Positions 12,231-23,547 of a stretch of DNA of 64,000 nt are shown here, piece after piece. Each line of letters begins with the position of its first letter. The first letter of the stretch is position 1. The position numbers and the translations under genes are program-made. The DNA is from Caecitellus pseudoparvulus (taxonomy: Eukaryota > Protista > Bigyra: Bicosoecida): positions 62,001 through 126,000 of the forward strand of contig CBFFRQ010000048.1 of the NCBI GenBank assembly GCA_965644315.1, written 5' to 3'. Under the pieces are notes generated by a model that did no database searches, had not been told where the DNA came from, and saw only the letters and a program-made list of their open reading frames with translations.

Positions 12231-15200
12231 TCACCCGCTGCCCAAAGTCCGCCGCACGTGTCGGCCGTAGACCACCAGCGATCCTCCCGTTAAGTTCGGC
12301 AGCTTGCAGGCCACCCGGCTGCCTTGGATGGCTTGCACCAAGCAGTCCCTGTCCCCAAACAACCATGCCTTCAAAATTGCCTCCGCGAAGCGGTCCTCAT
12401 CCCCGCCCGTGACGTCCCACAAATTCCCAGCCACTGCCGTGCTGCCTGCGCACAAGAACGCCAGCGCAGCCCCTGCCGGGCCACCGACCCCCTCCACCCT
12501 CAGGCGTCCACTGCTACAGCCCATGAGCAGAGCTACGATGGGAGCTGGGTTAAGAGACCTTCCCAGCAGCGCTGCGGGCGCATACGCTTCGCCTGAGCCG
12601 TGCCCAGCATACACGAAGATATGCCCAGAGGCTGCCGTGGCCATGTACTGGGCTGCAGCTGACGAGCCTGCCGTTGCCTTCCATGCTGCCCCTGGGCGAC
12701 TTGCGATGGCGTCCAGCACAGGAGTAAGTGCTTCCTGGGTTCCTGGCAAGTCCTCGCCTGGGTTGACGCAGTGGCCGCCGGAGAGCTGTGTCACAGCGCC
12801 CGGCGCAAGGGCTGTGAGGGTGGCGGCGGCGGCACAAGGCAGCCGTGACACCATCCAGTCCCGCCCTGCCCACACCGCCTCGAAGGGAATGTGTTGAAGG
12901 ACTGGGCAGAGCATGATGGTGAAGGAAGGGCATGTCTCCACAGTGCCGGCGATGGACTCGGGGGCTGGTGCCGCCGCCATGGCCTCGGACAGGCGCTCCT
13001 GCAGCTCCGCCTTGCGGCCTTTTGTGGGAAGCTTCAGCTCCGCCAGGGCCTCTCGCAGATCCACCACACGCATGGCAGCGATGTCTTCTGCGCTGTGCAG
13101 CGGAGCTGAGGCATCAGCAGGGCTTGCAGCTGAGCCTCCATCAGCGCGCCCATCACTGTGCTGGGGGAGCATGTCCTCCAGCACGTCCGCAAGGGGCTGC
13201 GCAAGCACTTGGACTGCCGTCACCAGCTGCTCATCGATGCGCTGGCGCTCTTTCCACCACCTGGCACGCTGGGCAGGTGTCCAGGAGACAGCACTGGCAG
13301 CAGCCGCACTTGTCAACCCCGAAGATATCACCGATTCTCGAGACTGCTGCAGGGCTTCACCCACCTCTTTGAGCGCGGAGCAGACGAGCCCAGCTTCTGT
13401 TGGAAGCCACTGCTTGTACATGGCTGATAAAGCCGTCACATGGCCACCCCTGCTGCTCCTCGTGTCAAGCATGGCTAGGGTCGGCCCTTCCACGCCTGAG
13501 GCGAGCATGACACCGCAGCCACTGGGCGTTGAAACGGCACAGACATCCGCTGCTCCAAGCAGTGCCACGCGCATGGCGCCGTCATCCACCTCCACAGCAG
13601 CAGGGGACACCACCAACGCCTCTGGTTCCGTCAGAATGCACTGCGTCCACTCTGCGGCGGCTGGCAGCTCACGCCGCACCAACATGCGAGCCAGGGTGTG
13701 ATCTGCAACGGCACCGCAGGCCAGCACCAGGCAGCCATAAGTGAGCGGGGCGTCTGCACGACCCACTGCGGCTGCCAACGCCTGTGCCAAATGCTGGGTG
13801 GCCAGGCAGTCCCCCCGCCGCCAAGCCAGCAGCAGAGCTGCCTTCAAGCTACCACCCATGACTTCTACAGGCACGCTGACACCTGCACCGGCGCCCACAC
13901 TGGCGCACTCTGTCTCACACTCCAGGTCAGCAGTACTACCCTCAATCCCTGCCTCGAAGGTTGCCTGGCAGATGGCGCCATCCCATGGTGCGCTGTCGCT
14001 GCCCCAAGAGGCACTGCCCGTCCCCAGCAGTGTCAGCACAGCAGGCAGGGGGTGGCGCAAGACCGGGCAAGTGGGTGCAGCCGCCGGCTGCCAAGCGCAA
14101 GCAGCACGCTGCAACGCGTCCTCGGCTCCTCGAGGCAAGCCCAGAGCTGCTGCCAGCGCAGCAGCGTCCGCATCTGGCATGCCCCGCTGCAGCAGGGCCC
14201 TGGCAAGGGCAGAAGCCACCTCCTCAACCAGCCCAGACACTCGTGGCCCTGCTTTGAGTCCCACAGCGAGCAGCACTTGCGCACTTGCTCCCCATAGCTC
14301 CAAAGCGCGCAGGCCGTCAAGCGAGTCTGGGGCCTTGAGATGCTCGACCAGAGCAGCTATGGCAGCCTTGGCGTGTGCCGCCGCGGGAGCCCAGCGGAAA
14401 GATAGCACCGCAGCCTCCGCCACTGCCACTGCACTCGCGGCGACCGGCAGCTGGTGAAGACGTTCGGGGACTTTGGCCCCACTCGACAACACAGCCTTCC
14501 CGCGGGCAGCCCGAGCCAGCGTGAGCGCCTGCACCGCCCGCGCATTCATGTCCACAGATGGGCAGGCATGCCCCAGTTGCAGGGCTTTCACGGCGTAGGT
14601 CTCGGCAGCGGCGGAACACCCCACTTGTGCGAGGGTGGCCGAAGCACAGAGCAGGGCACGGTGCAGGGCCAGGGTGTGCAGCCAGGGAGAGGACAGCGGG
14701 CAAGAGCCAGTTGCATCCCCCAGCATGGCGCTGGTGCTGTGCAAGTTGCTCCAAAGGCGTGCCAAGCACGTCGCACGCGCCTCTGCGACGATGGACGGAG
14801 GCCATCCCTCAGCGACCGGGCCCTTCAACCAGGCGACGCTTTGCTCCAGCACTTGCACCAGGGGCGTCAGACTTGTGCAGGGGCTCTCGCATAATGCAGG
14901 GCTGTCAGGAGACTGGGCGGGGGTGCCGGCGAAACGCACGGCGCCTCGGACACGTCGGCGGCAGGTCGCAGGTGCTGGCTGGTGCTCCTCTGTGGCGTCT
15001 GCGAAACGCAAGACGCGCCCGGCTGGAGAAGAAGCCCGACACTCCCTGCCTGGCGTCGTGGCAGGCAGCGCCACCCGACTGGGTCTCGCGGCCCCAGCCC
15101 CGCCCTCCACATCCTCCCCCTCGTCGATGTCCACCATGTCAAATAGGCGCCGGGCCGTGTCGTCGTCAACAGGCGCCATGCCAGGCCCCGCTTCCGCCGG

Positions 15201-18200
15201 TGTAGCGTGCTGCAACGGCGGTGCCACGCCTCCGTCCGCCGTGCCGAACTGAATGCGCCGGGTGGGAGTGCCGCCTCCGCGCGCCTGGCGGCTAGCAGCC
15301 GCTTCACACGCGCCGCAAGCAGCTTGCAGTACCGGTTCGGCAGCAGCAAGCACTTCACGCGAAACGTACCGCGCTGCAAAGTATGCCAGCACCGCCACGA
15401 GGGCTGGGAGCAGATGCAGGCCGCAGCCAGACTCAGAGGAAGTCTGCCCGCCCTCTCGAGCTGCAGCAACCAGCCGCTGCACCATGGGCAGACAGCTGGC
15501 CTGCGAAGCAGCGGAAGGCAGCATCATCCAGCCCGCGATGGCAGAGCAAGCGCTCTGCACCGCTCTTGGCAGCTCACCTGAGTTTGCGGCGTCAACAGCG
15601 GCATCTGCCGCCGCGAGCACCCACCGCACGCCGCCAGCGGGGAGGGAGTCCTCCCCCACCAGTGCCAGCTGGTCAGGCTGGCACATGGCTGCTGCCCACC
15701 ACATGTGTCCCACTGCCTTCCCGCCATCCACAGAAGCCAGGGAGGCCAGGCAGGCACTCTCCAACTTGACTGCGTCTGCCAGCGTGTCCGGGCTCCAAGG
15801 AGCAGTCATGGCGATGGAGGAGGCAGCGTACAGCCGCGGGAGCAGGAGGGCCATGCGAGACGCACCAGGGTCCTGCCCAGCCACCGCCGCTCCGGCAGTG
15901 CATGGGACAAAGGCGGCTGGGGCGCGGAGCAGCCACTGAAGTGTGGGCAGGGCGCCCACTGTGCGCGGACTGAGGGAGGTGGAGGACCCTTGCACAGAGG
16001 CTTCGGCTCCCCCCGTCACGCTGTGGTCTGCCTCAGAAAGGATGGTGCCCGTGTCTCCTCGCCGCAGCCAGGCAGGCAACGCGCCGCCCTGAGTCGCCAG
16101 TACTCCCGCTGAAAGCCGCGTGGAGGTATGCCACAGGATCTGCCGCACCCGCCCTGCGATCCCCGGCTTCTTGGTTGCCAGAGCAATGGCTTCGCACAGG
16201 CGAGCTTGGCGCATGGATGCGTCGGTCGCTGCTGCCGTGAGCGCTCTCTGCACGGCTTTCACCATGGTCGGCGGAAGGGTGCGCGTCTGTCCTCCTTTCT
16301 CACAGCCACCGCCCACCTTGAGCGTCTCACTCAGCGCTGCCGTCACGTCGTGTGGCGCCGACCATGTTGCCAAGGCGCCGCTGACACGAGAAATCTGGTG
16401 CACTGCGGCGGACGCCAGGGCCTCTCCGCCGCTGGGCGTGTGGCCCTCTGCTGCGACTCCAAGGCTCTGAACTGCTTCAAATGCCTGCCGTGGCAGGGCT
16501 GCCAGGCTGCTTGCCGTGGACGCCGGTGGCGCCTGACCTGGCTGGTGCGTCAAGACCGCCAACATGCTCAGCGCTGAGATGTCGGCGGCGGACAGGCCGG
16601 TGCTGCTCCAGCTGCACACGTCCACAAACTTCCCAGCCAGCGGCTTGGGTGCTGGAGCCTCCAAAGTGTCGGCTTGCTCGCAGCCCACCAAGGCATCACA
16701 GGCCACCCGGACCAGGCGCTGGCTGGGCGAGGCCAGCGATGCCGCCGCCCCAGCTCCGGCTTCAGCGCAGCGCCAGGCAAAGGCCAAGCCGGCCGCGGTG
16801 ACAGCCTGAGACGGAAGAGGCCTCCCCGCCCCATCCAGCACCGCCTTGTGCAAGCAGGTGGCCAGAGACGTGTACTGCTTGCTGACGGTGCTACGCAGCA
16901 GTGTGCGGCGGCTGGCATCACACTGCCCAGCAGCCAAGCCAGACAGCGCACAGAGGCGCACAGCGTGGGCTGCGACGCTGAGGGGCACGCTCGCCTGCGC
17001 AAAGTGTCCTCCATCGTACAGCGCCTTGCTCACGTTGTGCGCGGCGGTTGCGATGGTCGCAGCGCAGTCGAAGCCCGAGCTGCCCCCCGCACAAGCCGCA
17101 CTGCTCGCAGCCCTGCACAGGTACTGCATGGCCTTCTGCAAGTGGTGGGCCGTGGCATCGCTGCCGCCCTCCACACCTGCTGCATCCACCACAGCCTCTT
17201 CCTCGTCCTCCTCCTCCACCTGACCGGCGAAGGAGCAGTGCACACTCTGCCCGGCGCACAAACGCATGCGGGCCATGCGTGCGAGGGCGGCTCCCAGGCC
17301 GCTCTCGGCCTCGTTCACGCTGAGCTGCCGCATAGAGCGGTCTGAGTGCACCTTGAAGGCGGCGGCAGCATCCGGTTGCACCCTGCTCAGGGGCAGGGCC
17401 GGGTCTCCTCCCCCCCCACCCTGCACGAGTGCCTCACAGGCGGATGGCAGGCCGTGGCCAGGCTGCAGGGCTCTGGACGCGATGGGCGTGCCCAGAGCGC
17501 TTCGCACGCTGCTCTGCAGCTTGAGCGCAATGGCAAACCCCTTCTCCAAGAGCGACCACCAGTTCTGCGTGGGGTCGGCATCCTTGCCCGTCGTGCCCGT
17601 TCCTCGCCGGCTGTCTGTTGGTGCTGCGAAGGCTGGTGTGGCCGCAGCAACACGCCGCAGCGCAGCAGGCGTCTTGGGAGCTCGACTGGCGAAGCTACGG
17701 CCTGGCGTGGCGGTGGCAGAACGGCAAGGCGTCGTGGTGGCGCTCGACCTGCCGCCTGTGGCCGGTGCCGCAGATGGCGGCCACATGTACTGTGCCCGCA
17801 CCACGGTGGGGGGCGCTGGCGTCGCCAGAGCTGCCAACACACCTTCCTCGGTGTCTGTGGGCGACACGGTTGTTCCAGAGCCTGCTGAGGAGGCTCCTGG
17901 CTCTGCGCCTTGCAGCCAGGCAGCATACGCTTCAGGCGCCCACAGCCCGACGCCGACCAGAGGTCGCGCCTCCCAGAACGCCAGCATCTTGTGCAGCGAT
18001 TCAATGCAGGCGCCGTGGGCCAAGCCCGCCTGGAGGATGCTCGCCGACGCCCCAGACACCTCCTCCCGCTGGGGCAACGCCGGGCAGCCTGCCAAGGTGG
18101 CGAGCCCTCGTCGGGTGCAGGCGAAAGCATCAGCACAGGCGGTGGCAAAGTCTGCCTGGGACCCCTGCCCCGCCAGGAGAGCATCTTCCTCCCGGGAAGC

Positions 18201-19047
18201 GCGAGTCAGGGCAGCCAGGGCCCCGGACATGCAGGCGTCCGACGCTGCCGCAGCCGCGTGCCAGGTGGCCAGGGTGGCCACGGCAGGCTTGGGCAACTTG
18301 GGGTGTGACGCCGCAATGCTGCCGGCAATCAGGGGCACCAAGTGGGACATGGCTGCGCTGTGCACGTCGCTGGAAGCCCCTGTGCTCGCCAGTAGCGCTA
18401 GGCAGCCTTCGCCCAGGCGTCGAAGCCGCTCAGATTCGGGGTGGCCTTGCAGCTTGCCAATTTGTCGCAGCGCTCGGGCACACAGGGCGCTTGCGTCATC
18501 CCACGCCTGCCCGCACCATGCCTCCGCGATGCTGCCTTGTTTGTCGCTGCAGTTGATCACCTTGGAAGACTGGAGAGCTGAGCCTCGAGGCGCAGGCGCC
18601 ACTGACTTGGGCAAGCAGCAGCTTCGAACTGTGACCCACGCGCACTGTGCTGCTGCGAGCACCTGCCCCGCATCCATGAGCACCCGCATGACTTGCACTG
18701 CAAGTTTTTCAAGTTGGCCGGGTTTTGTCTTGAGCAGCTGCTTTAGCGAGTGCAGCACAACCAACGCCCGTGGGAGCTCCGCGGAATTTGCTGTGCAGGC
18801 ATGGGTGTTGTCGATCGTGGCTGTGAAGTCTGAGGTGCCGTCGTTCAGACTCACCATGGTCAAGGGAGGACAAGGTCGAAGTCAGCATTGCTTGGGCCTG
18901 CTTGTATATCGGAGCACCCACTTTCCTGCACAAACGCAGGGTCCGCCGGCGTGCGAGGCAGGGGCGCGCGTTACGGTGGCGAGGCACTAACCGTAGCTCG
19001 GCCTGGCTGGACTCATACGGTGTCTGGAGGAAAGCTGAGAACGCCAT
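12231..19047 (-). CDS. ESP1: Separase (peptidase C50) with an inserted SAP domain
   Basis: Catalytic motifs FVYAGHGSG and LLMGCSSG, plus GNLWDVT, WWKERQRID and LQHIPFE. The 5' end was rebuilt with two small exons (MAFSAF...ELR | KVGAP...LDH | ANSAELPR) using canonical introns. Confidence 0.9.
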
Positions 19048-19327
19048 GATGCAACGAAGGGGGGAAAGGCGGCACTTCGCTCCGAGGCCAGACACTGCAG
19101 GGCTCCCGCGTCAGCTGTCCCGCAACAAGCCTTGTCTTCTGCTGCCTTTTCCTGTGGTGGAGTCCCTTCCGACCCCTGGCTGCACGCAGTGTCTGCGGCG
19201 AGGGAGTCACGACGAAGGTGGCGCTCAAAAACAAAATTCCTGCTGTGAAAGATTTGACTCGCAGTTGAGCAGCTCGTGGGGGGCTGCCTTGCGGCAAGTG
19301 CGGCTGTGCGAGCATCCCCCGGCCTCC

Positions 19328-22300
19328 ATGGCAAGCCATCCACCACCGAGCTCTCAGCAGGGCGGGTGCTCCACCTTCGTTGACGGGGTGAGAGGGGCAG
19401 CGGGCACGCTAGCTGCCAGTAGCAAGCAGACTTTCGTTGAGATCCGGCGTGCAAAGCTCGCGTACTGCGTCGGGTGCTGCGCTATCTTTGTCGTGAGCGA
19501 TGGCGTGCCGGGCGAAACGCGCATAGCACGTCGGCGCACGTCAGCCCCCTCTTTCCCCGCTCAGGTGGTGCTGGTGTCCAGCGTTGTGCTGACTCTCCTC
19601 GAGTATGCCCCCATCATCTTCCTGCAAGAGGCCGAGGGCTCGCAGGGTCAAATTGACCTGCACATCCGCTCGGACGGCTCGTCTGGCCTGCAACTCATGA
19701 ACTACACGCAGCTGGCGCTGTCAGCCGCACAGTCGACGCAGGCAGGCGAATTCTCGTACCACGCCCCCCGAGTTTCCCTCAGTGCTTCGGCGTGGGCACC
19801 CAGCGCCTGTGACACGCGCGCCTTTGCGCCGGCCTCCAACCAGGCAGCCGACGAGGCGGCGTGGATGTACGAGACGCCTGATGGGGCTTCCTGTTCAGCC
19901 CGCATCTACGCCGCACCTGCTGCCGACGACATTGAAGGGCGGCCAGCACCCTCTCACTTCAGCTGCTTGCCCTCCTGGTGTGATGCCGAGGCAGTGGCAG
20001 GTGTGAGCCTCGTGCTCCTGGACACTGCCGCTGAGAAGCGCATGGAGCTGGGACGCACATGGAGCTGGGCCGGGCGCATCCCGCCTGGCCAAGCAGTCAT
20101 TGTGCAGGACCTGGCGTCCTTGCTTGATTTGCAAGTGGGAGATACGATGTATGTGCGGGCCTTCATGCCTGTGACGCTTCGGCACGGCTTCGCATCCCAC
20201 CCCCCGCCCGTGTCGCTTGGCGAGACGCTGCTGAATGACTCCTCATGGGCATCCGCTGCGTCCCTGCACCCTGACGTGGCCCTGCCCATCACAGTGGCCG
20301 GCATCCTGCCGTCCCCAGAGGGCAAGCTTGGGAACACTGTGCGGGACGCTGCCTTCATGGAGCTGGACGCCTTCGTGCCCTTCGCGGCTCTCTTCCTGCA
20401 CCCCGCCATTCGGCAGGATCCTGGCGTGCAGGGCAACTCCACGGCTCCACGCGCGACTGGCCAGTCTCTCCTGCGGCAGGCAGCGACGGAGGTCGTCGTG
20501 AACCTGCCGCCGGCGGACCGCATCCCTGCGTACTTGAGCTCCAACTACGACACGCTGCAGGCACGCTTGACGGGCTTCACGGCTGACTTTGTGTACGTGA
20601 CGGGGTTCACGGAGGCAGAGGCCACGCAGCCTCTGCTGGGAGCGCTGTCTGGCAGGCAGTTCGTGTCCCTGTACCTCGGCTTGCTCCTGGATATCCTGCT
20701 CTTCATCTTGTTTCTGCTCAGCACCATCCTCATCTACAGCCTGCTCATGATCAACGTGAACGCACGCACCTTCGAGCTGGCAGTGCGGCGCATGCTGGGC
20801 ACGACACGGGTGGGGGTGGTGGGCATGCTGGTGCTGCATGCGCTGGCATACAGCCTGCCAGCGTGGCTGCTGGGGCTGCTGGTGAGCCAGGGCATCAGCG
20901 CGCTGCTGCTGGGCTCCCTGGCCAGCACTGCCGGGATCAACACGGGTGGAGGCCTCACGGGGCGGGCTGTCGGCATCTCCACCGCCCTGGCCCTGGCCAT
21001 TCCCCTCGTCGGCAGCATCGGGCCCATCCGAGCCGCGCTGGGAACATCCATCCGGGAAGCCCTGGACCAAGACCGCCCCAAGGCGACGGCGGTGGAGTAC
21101 AAGCTGCAGCGCAGCCAGGACGGCCGGGTGTCCCTGCCTCTCGTCGCCTTTGGCCTGCTCATGACCGTGTTCGGGTTCTGCATCTACTACCTCTTGCCCC
21201 TGGCCCTGTTGAGCTTGAATTTGTCCCTGTTCTTCAACATCTTCTTCTGGATCTTGGTGGGCCTGCTCCTGGGCCTCGTCCTCCTCGCGCTGAACTTCGA
21301 AGTGCTCCTGGAGCGGGGCCTGGCGGGGCTGTTCCTGTCCTGGTGGGAGCATGGCGCCATCGTGAAGCTGTCCCTCGCCAACCTCATCGCACACCGGCGG
21401 CGTAACCGCCAAACCACCATCATGTACGCACTCTCCGTCGCCTTCATTGTCTTTGTCACCGTCGCAGCGAACCAGGAGTTGCAGAGTGCCACATACGCTG
21501 CCCAGCAAGAGGCGGGGGCACCCCTGACGGTGCGCCCGCCAGCTCCGCCTGGCGCTGCAGACATGCCTGGGTCGCTGTACCTCAGCACCATGCAGGCGCT
21601 GGACAGCACTCTTGTGCGCTTGAAGGCATCTGGCAAGGTGAAGGACCATGCGTGGGTGACCTGGTCGTTCCAGGGCACAGCGTCCGCTGAGGGGGTGGAG
21701 GGGCCGGACATGCTAAACCTTGGTCGCGTCGCGGGGCGCACGGTGCGGCCTCGGGGCCTGTCCCCCCGTTTCTGGCGCGCGACGTACCCCCAGTACACCG
21801 AGGTGGGCACGGCAGACACCCGCAGCGGCCTGCCTCTGGCCGAGCAGTACTACTCTGCCCGCGGCTCACAGGGCGTCAGCGTCTCGTCGTTCTTCGCCCT
21901 CCCCAACGTGCTGGCAGCAGCTGTGGGCCAGGACGTGCTGCTGCAGACAAAGGGGCTGGCGGGAGTGACCTCCCCAGACACCACTCAGGACACGGAGACA
22001 GCAGGACAGGGCTCTGGTACCTTCGGCGTTGCGCGGGAGAGGGCGGGCGTCGTGACTCGGGACCGCGCCCGCCTGCACAGCCTCATGGACGCCTCGTCAG
22101 GCCTGTCGTTCACGGCCTTTGCGTCAGGCTCCCGCACGGCCACCATGTCCGTGCCCTCCCTCCTGCAGGCCCTGCGCGCGCGTGGCGTTGTGCGGACCCC
22201 CCTGTCCCTTCGATACTCCCGCATGGTTGTCATGCCGACAGAGGGGGCAGCCGACCCGGGTGGCCTGGACGATATCAAGGCGCAGCTGGTGCAGGCGGTG

Positions 22301-22771
22301 GGCCCCGGCGGGTGGACGGTGGGGGATGTGCGGGACTCCGTGGAGGACTTGCAGCAGATCCTGCTCGTGCTGAATTTCTTCTTCTCCCTGCTCACCGTCG
22401 TGGCCCTGGCGCTGTGCTTCTTCTCCCTCCTCGCAAGCATGGTCGCCAACATCGCCGAACAGCAGAAAGAAATCGGCATCCTGCTGGCTGTCGGCCTGCG
22501 CCCCTCCCACATGATTCGTGTGTACGTGTACGAGGCGTTTGTATTGGTCGTGTCGGCGAGCATCATGGGCACCATCATCGGCGTCATTGTCGCGTGGACC
22601 TTTGCCCAGCAGCGCGCCCTGTTCACGCAGCTGCCCGTGGTCTTCTTCTTCCCCTGGGCCAACCTGCTCACTGTCATCGTCTTCTCTGCCGTGACCGCCC
22701 TTCTCAGCTCAGCAGTGCCGGCCTGGCGCCTGACCAAGCAGCCCATCACACGCCTGCTGCGAGCGGGGTAG
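19328..22771 (+). CDS. MacB/FtsX/LolCE-type (type VII ABC) permease with two FtsX units
   Basis: Two FtsX signatures (ARTFELAVRRMLGTTR, EQQKEIGILLAVGLRP...YVYEA), each preceded by a large extracytoplasmic domain. Probable in-frame intron at 19493-19564. Confidence 0.85.
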   Translation: MASHPPPSSQQGGCSTFVDGVRGAAGTLAASSKQTFVEIRRAKLAYCVGCCAIFVVSDGVPGETRIARRRTSAPSFPAQVVLVSSVVLTLLEYAPIIFLQEAEGSQGQIDLHIRSDGSSGLQLMNYTQLALSAAQSTQAGEFSYHAPRVSLSASAWAPSACDTRAFAPASNQAADEAAWMYETPDGASCSARIYAAPAADDIEGRPAPSHFSCLPSWCDAEAVAGVSLVLLDTAAEKRMELGRTWSWAGRIPPGQAVIVQDLASLLDLQVGDTMYVRAFMPVTLRHGFASHPPPVSLGETLLNDSSWASAASLHPDVALPITVAGILPSPEGKLGNTVRDAAFMELDAFVPFAALFLHPAIRQDPGVQGNSTAPRATGQSLLRQAATEVVVNLPPADRIPAYLSSNYDTLQARLTGFTADFVYVTGFTEAEATQPLLGALSGRQFVSLYLGLLLDILLFILFLLSTILIYSLLMINVNARTFELAVRRMLGTTRVGVVGMLVLHALAYSLPAWLLGLLVSQGISALLLGSLASTAGINTGGGLTGRAVGISTALALAIPLVGSIGPIRAALGTSIREALDQDRPKATAVEYKLQRSQDGRVSLPLVAFGLLMTVFGFCIYYLLPLALLSLNLSLFFNIFFWILVGLLLGLVLLALNFEVLLERGLAGLFLSWWEHGAIVKLSLANLIAHRRRNRQTTIMYALSVAFIVFVTVAANQELQSATYAAQQEAGAPLTVRPPAPPGAADMPGSLYLSTMQALDSTLVRLKASGKVKDHAWVTWSFQGTASAEGVEGPDMLNLGRVAGRTVRPRGLSPRFWRATYPQYTEVGTADTRSGLPLAEQYYSARGSQGVSVSSFFALPNVLAAAVGQDVLLQTKGLAGVTSPDTTQDTETAGQGSGTFGVARERAGVVTRDRARLHSLMDASSGLSFTAFASGSRTATMSVPSLLQALRARGVVRTPLSLRYSRMVVMPTEGAADPGGLDDIKAQLVQAVGPGGWTVGDVRDSVEDLQQILLVLNFFFSLLTVVALALCFFSLLASMVANIAEQQKEIGILLAVGLRPSHMIRVYVYEAFVLVVSASIMGTIIGVIVAWTFAQQRALFTQLPVVFFFPWANLLTVIVFSAVTALLSSAVPAWRLTKQPITRLLRAG

Positions 22772-22832
22772 CCTGGCACCGCCAGCCCTGCCGTGTTCCA
22801 TGTTCCATGTGCCAATGCACCCTGCACGTCAC

Positions 22833-23381
22833 CTACACACTGCCGTCCATGTTCCAGGACTCCTTGTACGTCTCTCGCCCAGCGGCAATGGCTGCCTCCT
22901 CCTCGGCGATCTCCAGCCCAATCACCTCCTCGATGTCGGCGGGCTCCACAGGCAGCGCAGCCTCCTTCTCCGCATCCAGCTCAGCTACCAGGACGATGGT
23001 GTCCCCTCGCACAATGTACAGGCCCAGGGGGATGTCACACATCTTGCCAGCGGCGACGTGGCGCTCCATGGTGTCCTCCAACACCAAGTTGGCTGAGCAG
23101 AGCAGGCGGCGAGGCCAGGGCGTGCAGGTGCAGGTGGATGGCATGAGGCTTAGGATCGTACAGGGGGGTGGTCACGCACAGAACTGGTCATAGGAGCGCA
23201 GGATGCCCACCAAGTGCCGCCCATCTTGCAGCACCACCAGCACCCGCTCTGCAAACGCGGGCGAGCCACGGTGCCGGGATGCCGCCGCGCCATCCGTTCC
23301 GCCGGCGCGCAAGAGCGACGCACCGTCAAGAAAGTCCAGCAAAGAGGCGCTGCCGCCAAAGGTCGCGTACACCTCCTCCAT
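22833..23381 (-). CDS. LSM1: Sm-like protein LSm1
   Basis: Three exons: GSASLLDFLD | RVLVVLQDGRHLVGILRSYDQF | SNLVLEDTMERH...IPLGLYIVRGDTIVLVAELD, giving Sm1 and Sm2 motifs with LSm1-type residues. Confidence 0.92.
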
Positions 23382-23547
23382 GGTTGCGGTGAGGAGGCAC
23401 AGACAGGCGAGGTGCGGAAATCGGCGCCACTCGTCAGCAACGCAGTCGACGACTGGCGACGTTGAGGGTGCAGCAAGCCTACGGCTGTCGTAGACACGCA
23501 GCATGCATTGATTGGAATGTGGTGTGGAGAGGAAAGTGCAACGGCTC

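Noticed and set aside
4252-18990. Many long Ser/Ala/Arg-rich ORFs opposite real genes (e.g. 4252-5697, 5722-7083, 17266-18990; also 59051-60961)
   Set aside because: Antisense shadows expected from high GC and codon bias; no motifs.
18902-19327. Upstream extension of the FtsX ORF
   Set aside because: It begins at a non-ATG codon and overlaps the reconstructed first exons of separase; ATG 19328 is more plausible.
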